From the human T2T-CHM13v2.0 reference genome, Homo sapiens, in assembly GCF_009914755.1 (NCBI RefSeq), contig NC_060931.1: 64,000 nucleotides of DNA; one strand, given 5' to 3'. The notes beneath the pieces are model-generated. The model made no database searches. It saw only the letters and a program-made list of their open reading frames with translations, and was not told the origin of the DNA. The translations under genes were made by a program, and so were the position numbers. The first letter of the stretch is position 1, and each line of letters begins with the position of its first letter. This document shows positions 56,011 to 64,000 of this stretch, one piece after another.

Positions 56011-57119
56011 GTGAGTGAAGTATTTATAAGCAATGGTGCTTTGTGTGGATCACTCTTTGAAAAGCAGTGCAGTCATTTGTGTCATTACATATATCCCTCA
56101 GTATGTTTATAAATTTCTGCTCCATGACCTATGGGTCTCAACAATAAATTGTGCTATATGACTTCTTCCATTTTTCACACTGCACTCAGAAACACAAGCC
56201 TAAAATAAATACACTGTGAATCAGGGCCATGGGAGTCTCTTCTTTTACAAGGGTTGTCCTTTGGAAGCACCTTCTCCTTCCCTAAAGAGCTTATGTTTTT
56301 ACACTTAAAAATGGGTCTTTTCCATGTCCATTTCCTGAATATTTTGTTATTGATCCAAACTATTTTTTCTCTGCCTTTCATGTTATTATAAAAGAAACCT
56401 CATTGTGCCCTAGTGCATATATTAAAATATAACATAAAAGAAGATTAAAGGTATAAAACGGAAAAGTCAGCAAGCAACTAAAAATCCTAACACTTAAAAA
56501 AGAAAGAAAGAAAATGGGTTAAAAGGTTACAAAGGAAAAGAATATGGGTTTCTGGAAGAGGCTAAAATATAAACAGCCCCCTGACCTTGGGTTCAAATAA
56601 GGAATGAATAGAAGGGTTGGACATATTTATTAAGGCAGACAATTTGAAAAATTTAATCCTCAGCTAAACTAAAAAACATCCAAGGAAGGCAGTATTTGAA
56701 TGTCTACCCTCAAGTCCAAGAGGAAGAATCTCTAGGGATTTTCTGGAGAGAAGAAACTCTATTACAACATTTTCCTGGCCTGAAAGCCTAGTTAGGAGGA
56801 AGTGAACAGAACCCAGCCCCAAGGCCAAATTTCAGATCAAGTGGATGGACTGCCAGGACATCCTACACACCGGACAAAGACAGTGAAGCCAAGACTACCC
56901 ACATTCCCATGCTTTTAGAACCGGGGAACCTCAAGGGGGTACTTGATTTATGTGGAATAACTGGTCTGCCTAAATTCATTTAAGAAAGAAAACCTTTTCC
57001 AGCACCCTCACCTGGGATTGAGGATTTTAGAAAATGGAAATGGAAGATGGAAATATATTAAATTGCTCCTTGGCTAATATATTAGGACCCTGAAAAAAAG
57101 AGCCTAAGGTTCAAATAGT

Positions 57120-57385
57120 AACAATAGACAGCAGTTATTAAACACTGATTGTTCCACGCCATGTTGTTTTATATGTCGAATCTCCTTCTATCGTCACAAA
57201 AATCCTATGAGGCATATATCATCACACCAGTTTTTATAGACGAGGAAGCCTGAGCCTAGGTTCGTTCATTAGCCGATGAACATATTATAAACATGTAATG
57301 AAGAGCTATAATAGTTAATGGTAGAGACAGGATTCAACCCCCAGGTCTACCTGACTCAGGGCCTATATTCTTGACAACCTACAGT
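57120..57385 (-). mobile_element. MIR SINE
   Basis: 'cacaaaaatcctatgagg...ttttatagacgaggaagcctgag...ggtagagacaggattcaacccccaggtctacctgactc'. Confidence 0.8.
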
Positions 57386-58007
57386 GTAGAATGAACGAAC
57401 CACTGCAATAAATATAATCATGAATTAATAAGCAAACAATATGCATATGATACTCTACTTATATTAATAAATCTTACGAGCAAAGGATGTCAAAGACGAC
57501 TATTTACAACTCACCTATACAACAATAAGAGCTTAGAGGGCCTAATGTTGCAAGATACAATTTGTGTATTTACTCAGGCTCTAACATTTGGAATTTCCAT
57601 GAATTGATCCTAGTCCTTCATCAACTGTTATTAATCTAATTTATTAATCTTAAAATAATAAAATAAAAATTTAAAATTAAGTTACTATAAGATGTCATAT
57701 CCTGTGCTGTTGCTATGCGTTCATAGAAATTTTCTCTTTTCATCTAATACCCTCTTCAGTGGTTAGTATAAAATATGCATTCAGTAAGTATTTTTAAAAC
57801 AGTGTAATTAGTATTTCCCTCATTTCCCTGATGTGACAATTGACACTCAGAGAAAACTTACCAAGGACCAGAAGTCCTCATGTAGGATTCAAATTTAGTT
57901 TTTCTAACTTCAAGGCCCATGTATTTGGTACAATATCAAAAGCTACAAAATTACGAAATTAAATTGTTATAGAAACGAATAAAATGAGTTAAAAGAAGAT
58001 TACACTT

Positions 58008-58325
<318 letters not shown>

Positions 58326-58939
58326 AAAAGAAGATTACACTTGAGGAATGTCTTAAATAATGACCAAAATCTTTCATGGAACAAAACTTGATTGTATATG
58401 GGGATCAGATATTCTTGGCCACTGCTTCCAAATTTGTTCATATCATGGCACATACGTTAATATTTTTACGGCACACTTCTGGAAATGAGAAAATGATTCT
58501 CAGCTGGAAGCAACTTTCTCGTGTTCTCTGGCCACCCTGGCTCTGACCAGCTATCCTATGAACTGTGGAATCAATATCACACATTTAGTCCACTGGTTGC
58601 ATGCAAATATTCAAGATTTACCAGTTGAGAAGCTTAGTTGTATGTATATAAAATAGCATGCAAAAACATAGATTTGAGGAAATGCATAAAATATTTTTGA
58701 AACCTTGAGAAGTTCAGTTTGGTTTAGGAAATATGGTGGAAAATAATATTGGAGAAGAGTTTAGAGTCAGATTATAAAATTTCTTATATGCCATGCATTT
58801 GAACTGTAAAATTACATTAAATAGGCAAAAATTGCATAATAATGTATAGATTTTCCTTTTTCAATTTTTCTCTTCAGCATTATTTCATTTACTTCAACTG
58901 CATTTATTACTCTGGATTCCTTTCTGCTGTGCAGTATTT

Positions 58940-60530
58940 GGTATAATACAAATACTTTCAATGAGATCAACTATGAAAGCTGCATAAAATAAATGAAGCA
59001 GAAAACAACTACTTAAAATTATTGGAGATTAACTAAGTCAACAAGAAATGGAGGAACTGAGTTCCTGAAGAGAATGGAAGTACATTAGGATGAATGTTCA
59101 TTTGCCTTCACTTTTTTGCATTAGCAAGCAATTCTCAGCTCTAAGCACAGAAACTGATCATGAAGCAATAGTCTAAAAATGTGAGGGGCCGAAATCAGTG
59201 AGCTTCAGAAAAGTGACTTTGACGTTCTACGCAGTTTCTACTCTTAGCATTTACGAACTCTAAGACACTGAGAAACTCTGATTCTGTGCTTAGAAACTAA
59301 AAAATAGCTTAGCAATGATTTTGATACTTTTATTGTGCTAGAAAGACAGAAAGTAGTGTTCAGATACCCCAAATAAGAATGATCCTATTTAAACACCAAA
59401 GCTCTTTTTTAGTTGAGATTCCTACAAACATTGCATAGCAATGACTGAGAACAAACTAAAAATAGGCCAGTTTTGCCTAGATGAAAATGATTTGTCTGTA
59501 CTTGGGACTGGAAAAAACAAAACACATGAAATCGTCTTTGGAGGAAGATATCATCCAAATGTTCTACATTTTTTTCCTACATACTGTCCAGCATTTAATA
59601 AAAACTTAGAAAACATGTCAATAAACACAGTCACTAACCAAACCCAAAGAGAAAACAGATAGGAACAGGTGTCCAAGTAATCTAAATTTTGTTGGAGATA
59701 CACACAGATTTAAAATAACTGAGTTCAATGTATATAATAAGATAGAGTACAATTTAAAAATTTCCCAAACATCAACTCTTAAAAAAGAAGTTAAGAATTG
59801 AAGGATGAATCTAATGGCACCTTAGAAACTGCAGAAGACGGGATTAGTGTTTGGCCTATAGATTAGTAGAAAATAATTTGTAATGAAGCACAAAGAAAGG
59901 ACTGAAAATGCCATATCTATAGATAAATTAATGGAATTAATACAAATGGAAGTGTTGCTGAGTATAATTTCTATATGAATTAATTACATTCCTATATTAG
60001 CAACAAACATTTAAAAGTGAAAGTTGAAAGCTAAATCAATTTACAATAGTTTGAAAGCCACCAAATACCTAGGAATAAGTCTAATAAAAAGTTGCAATAC
60101 TGCTACATAGAAATCTAGAAAATGCTACAAGAGAAATCAAAGAAAATACATCAAAGGGAGGAAAATATCAAGGTAAGAAATATAGGAAGAACTGATATCT
60201 TAATAATATTGAATCTTCTAATCTCTGATTTACACCAAAATTGTTTTTGAAAAAAGACAACTGTGAGATTCAAACAACTCCAAAATTGCTTTTGAGAAAA
60301 ATATACATTACTTAGCTTGATTGTGAATATTTCACAATGTGCAAATATATATACAATTTTTAATTTTCAACTGTACCTCAACAAAACTGAAAAGATGCAA
60401 CAAGGAAAAGGTTGTCTTTTCAGTAAATGGTGCTAGGTCAATTGAATTTTTATTAAAAAGGTGGTAATTTATTTCTACTTCATACCTCACACATGAAATT
60501 CAGTTGCAATGGAATGTTAATGTAAATGCT
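58940..60530 (+). mobile_element. Highly fragmented old L1 (L1ME class)
   Basis: Scattered L1 motifs: 'aaatacctaggaataagtctaataaaa', 'gtcttttcagtaaatggtgctaggtcaattg', 'cttcatacctcacac'. Confidence 0.65.
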
Positions 60531-60999
60531 TATTGCTCAAGCCTCCGCCTCAAGCCTTCTTTCTTCCAACAAGCATCACCTTACTGCTCTAACAGTCACT
60601 TAGGTACTTATTTTCTAAATACTTTTTACAGGTAGAAATTGTATCATATTATGCTGTCATACATTTTCTTTAGCTATGACCATTTTATCGACCCAATAAG
60701 GTATAAGCTCTTTAAAGAGAAGAAATATGGGTTTCTATTCCATATCATTAATTTGACAGGTACAGTTCCCTGATGTAAAACACTTCATTATCTGTATGTG
60801 ATTCATCTACTCAAATACCCTGTTAGATTCTGGAGGCCAAGCTTCTAACTGTATTTTTTATTTTCTCACACATTGAGCCCAACGCCTTGCACAATGAAAA
60901 CCTCCAATATATACTTATGGATTGAATTTTCCAAGAATTAGGCCTTTATAATACTAGAGACTAACAGCACAAAAGTTTTCTTTACTTTAATTCTAAGGG

Positions 61000-61415
61000 C
61001 ATCACACTCAGCATAAAATCCTAATGACTCGCCATGCACCACAGGTCTTATGGGTCTAGCTCTGTCCCAGTTCCCTGGGGCTCTATTCCTTACCTCTCTC
61101 CCCTTGCTCCCTCTCAGTCTACTCTTATTCTTCTCTCTGCCTGGAATGCTTTCCCAGGTCTTCACAGTACTTGACTCTTGTTATATTTTCAGTCTTTCTT
61201 CCAACGTTGCCTCCATAGAGAGGTCATTATCCATCTTGTCACTCCCTGTCCAATATTCACTTCTGTTTTTCTTCATAGCTTCACCCACTCTTACCTAAAA
61301 ATAAGCTACCCAAGGGCAGGGATTTTGTGTTTCTTATTTTTGGTGTATCTCCAAGTCTTGCACATACATTGTGTTCAGTAAACATGTATTGAAAATATAA
61401 ATAAGTGAACAAATT
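61000..61415 (+). mobile_element. L2 3' fragment
   Basis: 'ctctgcctggaatgctttccc...gttgcctccatagagagg...taagctacccaagggcagggattttgtg...ttcagtaaacatgtattgaa'. Confidence 0.85.
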
Positions 61416-61832
61416 CAGTAAACCCTTGCAATAATGTTTGATGAATAGAAAAACTTCTAATTCATAGCATTAGTTCAGAGTGAATGAAAACAAAATCCTG
61501 AGAAACAGAGTAATATAGCAATGATACAGGAAGAAGGCACAACCTCAGAATCTGTGGTTATAATTAATTAAAAAAATAGGGTGAATGTGACTTGTGGGCA
61601 AATTACTTTTACAAAATGATAAGATGTGATCGTGCTTTAAAACTTCTAAATTCAGCCGACATTGAATATTGAGCTATATGGTAAATAATGAATAAAGCTC
61701 ATTATTTCTCTATGTCTAACCTTATTCTAAAAAGCAGTGCATCTGGGGGCCAGATGACTTTAGAAACACGTTATTAAAAATAACTCCTTAATTCTTCAAC
61801 ATAAGTGGAGACAGACTTCATTATCTCATTTA

Positions 61833-62129
<297 letters not shown>

Positions 62130-63229
62130 GTTGAGGCAGTAAAAATAAATGGTTTGTCTAATGTTTCAACATTAATTTGATAGTGTCATGTTGAATATCA
62201 ATTTGTAGCCACATGTTTGTTCCTGAATTTGTGACATCATTTATGACATAATTTATATTATGAACATAACTTTCAACAGAGTGAGAGAAGCATCACTCTC
62301 TGTGCTTTAGAACAGATTTCTCTTCTATAATCATTCAATTATGGGTAACCAGAAAGGCAATGAATATAACATGAGGTCTTAAATGTGGACATTTCCCCCA
62401 TTAACTCATTCAAAATGTGTTGTCAGGGAGTTGGTTCAGGTTCAAGAGTGAGCTGACTTATGGAAAGACATGAATTGAAACCCAAATTAGAATCTAAAAG
62501 GAAGTATGGTACTATAAAGCAGAGAAAGTGGGTTTGTGGTGGCACAGTGGTGGTGCATACCAATTTGATGACTCTTGACAAATCACAAAGAAGTAGTTTC
62601 TTTAAAAAATTAAAATTAAACAAATTAGGGGTAATATTGGGATAGACAATTATTTTTCCTCTTGTGCACCATATCCTATAGATGTATCCCTTTATTTTTA
62701 TCTATTTTTTATTCATTGATATTCAAAAGCCCATTCTCCCAACCAAAAAGTTCCAGCCTCAAACTTGTTAAAGTCAAAACAATTGTTAAAATGGAAAATA
62801 GAAGCAATTTTTATCATTGGCCCACCACAGTTTGGCTCAATTCTTCCAGTCTCTGCTCTAGTGAGAACGAAGCCAGACCACACACTGAGGCTGAATTACA
62901 ACACTTCAAAAAGAAGAAAAACACTAATGGAAAAAGTCAAATGGGTTTCCAAATAGGAGGTGGTAGACAGTACAGAAACCTCTTAGCACAGCTCTTACAA
63001 GGCTGAACTCCGAATCCCAGGCCCCAACAGGCAATCATTAGCTTGCCTTCCCATTCTTCTGTGGTTGTAGGACAGGAAATGTCCATTCAGCTGCACATTG
63101 TTCTAGAGTGCATCAGCTTAAGTGGAAATGCATTTTTAGAGCCTCTTAACCCAATCCCCACTTTTGTAAAACGGATCCTGTCATTTATAAAAATAAAAAT
63201 GAGAGCTGCATGAGATATTTTCTTCCTTA

Positions 63230-63304
63230 AAATTATTTCAGCAAGTGAATGAAAAAATAAAGGAGTAAATTATTTCAGCAAGTGAATGAAAAGTTTAAAG
63301 GAGT
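63230..63304. repeat. 37/38-bp tandem duplication
   Basis: aaattatttcagcaagtgaatgaaaaaataaaggagt | aaattatttcagcaagtgaatgaaaagtttaaaggagt. Confidence 0.93.
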
Positions 63305-63499
63305 AAATGTTTGGAAGGAAGTCTTTAAGTTGATAGTGATAGAGAAACCTAATTTTGTTATCTTGGACACAAATGCAGCTTCCTAACTCTTAGAAGACAA
63401 GTGAACGTTGATAACGCAAACTATGGAAAGGGGAGGGGTGCAGACAGGTTTCAGGGAAAATTCAGGGAAGGTATTTTATTTCTTCTGGAATGTTGGCTA

Positions 63500-64000
63500 T
63501 CTCTTTTCTCTGGCCACAGCACTTAGGTCACAGCGGTAAGCAGAAGAAAATACTGTCCCTTCTTTCAGGAAGACAGATCAAAATTTAAAAGCAGTCCCAC
63601 AGATGCAAAATTAGAATTTGTCCTGAGTGCTAGAAAAGAGAGGTACATGTTAATATGAGTATAAAATGTGTAAATTGACTAGGGGAGGCTTTTCTGAAGA
63701 AATATCACGAAGCTGACCTATACTATGAGGAAATAAATCTCAAAATCATGAAGCAGTTTGTCTCCTGAACACAGCCATGCTGAGAAGTTCTAAACTATAG
63801 CTTGGTTAGACCTGGGAAGGTTAAGGTCATTTGGCCAGACATATATGTTTCCATGGCTCTTTCACAAACATTATGCAAACTTCTGAAAATCTGGACTTAA
63901 CTTGACATTTAAGGAGTCCTTTGGGGAAGAGCACAAATAGGAGCTTGAGAGATGCTTTAAATCTAGTCAGCAGAAATAAAAGGATAAAAATAAAGAAGCA
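63500..64000 (-). mobile_element. Degenerate L2 fragment
   Basis: 'cacagcacttagg...gggaggcttttctgaaga...ggttaaggtcatttggccaga...ctggacttaa'. Confidence 0.5.

Noticed and set aside
56380-57090. Possible ancient LTR
   Set aside because: No clear termini, TSD or recognisable consensus match by eye.
62662-63006. 114-aa ORF
   Set aside because: Non-ATG start, low-information composition and no family resemblance.

Overview
AT-rich primate (human-like) genomic DNA that is mostly interspersed repeats. It has no CpG island, no supportable protein-coding exon, no RNA gene and no prokaryotic-type system. All the longer ORFs in the track come from Alu, L1, LTR or low-complexity sequence. Content: four large decayed + strand LINE-1 blocks (about 0.25-3.1, 16.8-24.0, 29.4-34.2 and 45.2-54.4 kb, the last near full length with a TSD), 17 Alu insertions including two young AluY copies, six MaLR solo LTRs (THE1/MST/MLT1) and a MaLR internal fragment, two ERV1 solo LTRs with perfect 4-bp TSDs, a piggyBac MITE (MER75) with TTAA TSDs, many MIR/L2 fragments and several tandem repeats. 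The most notable non-repeat signal is in the unique block at about 25.4-28 kb. It holds a promoter-like module (GATA x4, CAGGTG x2, AP-1, consensus CCAAT, CACCC, TATAAAA, in near-canonical spacing) at 26.39-26.61 kb and a second motif cluster with an FXR-type IR1 at about 27.1 kb. Both are hypotheses from motif content only. I did not find a convincing new biological system. Subfamily names come from memory of consensus sequences, and boundaries without TSDs are approximate.
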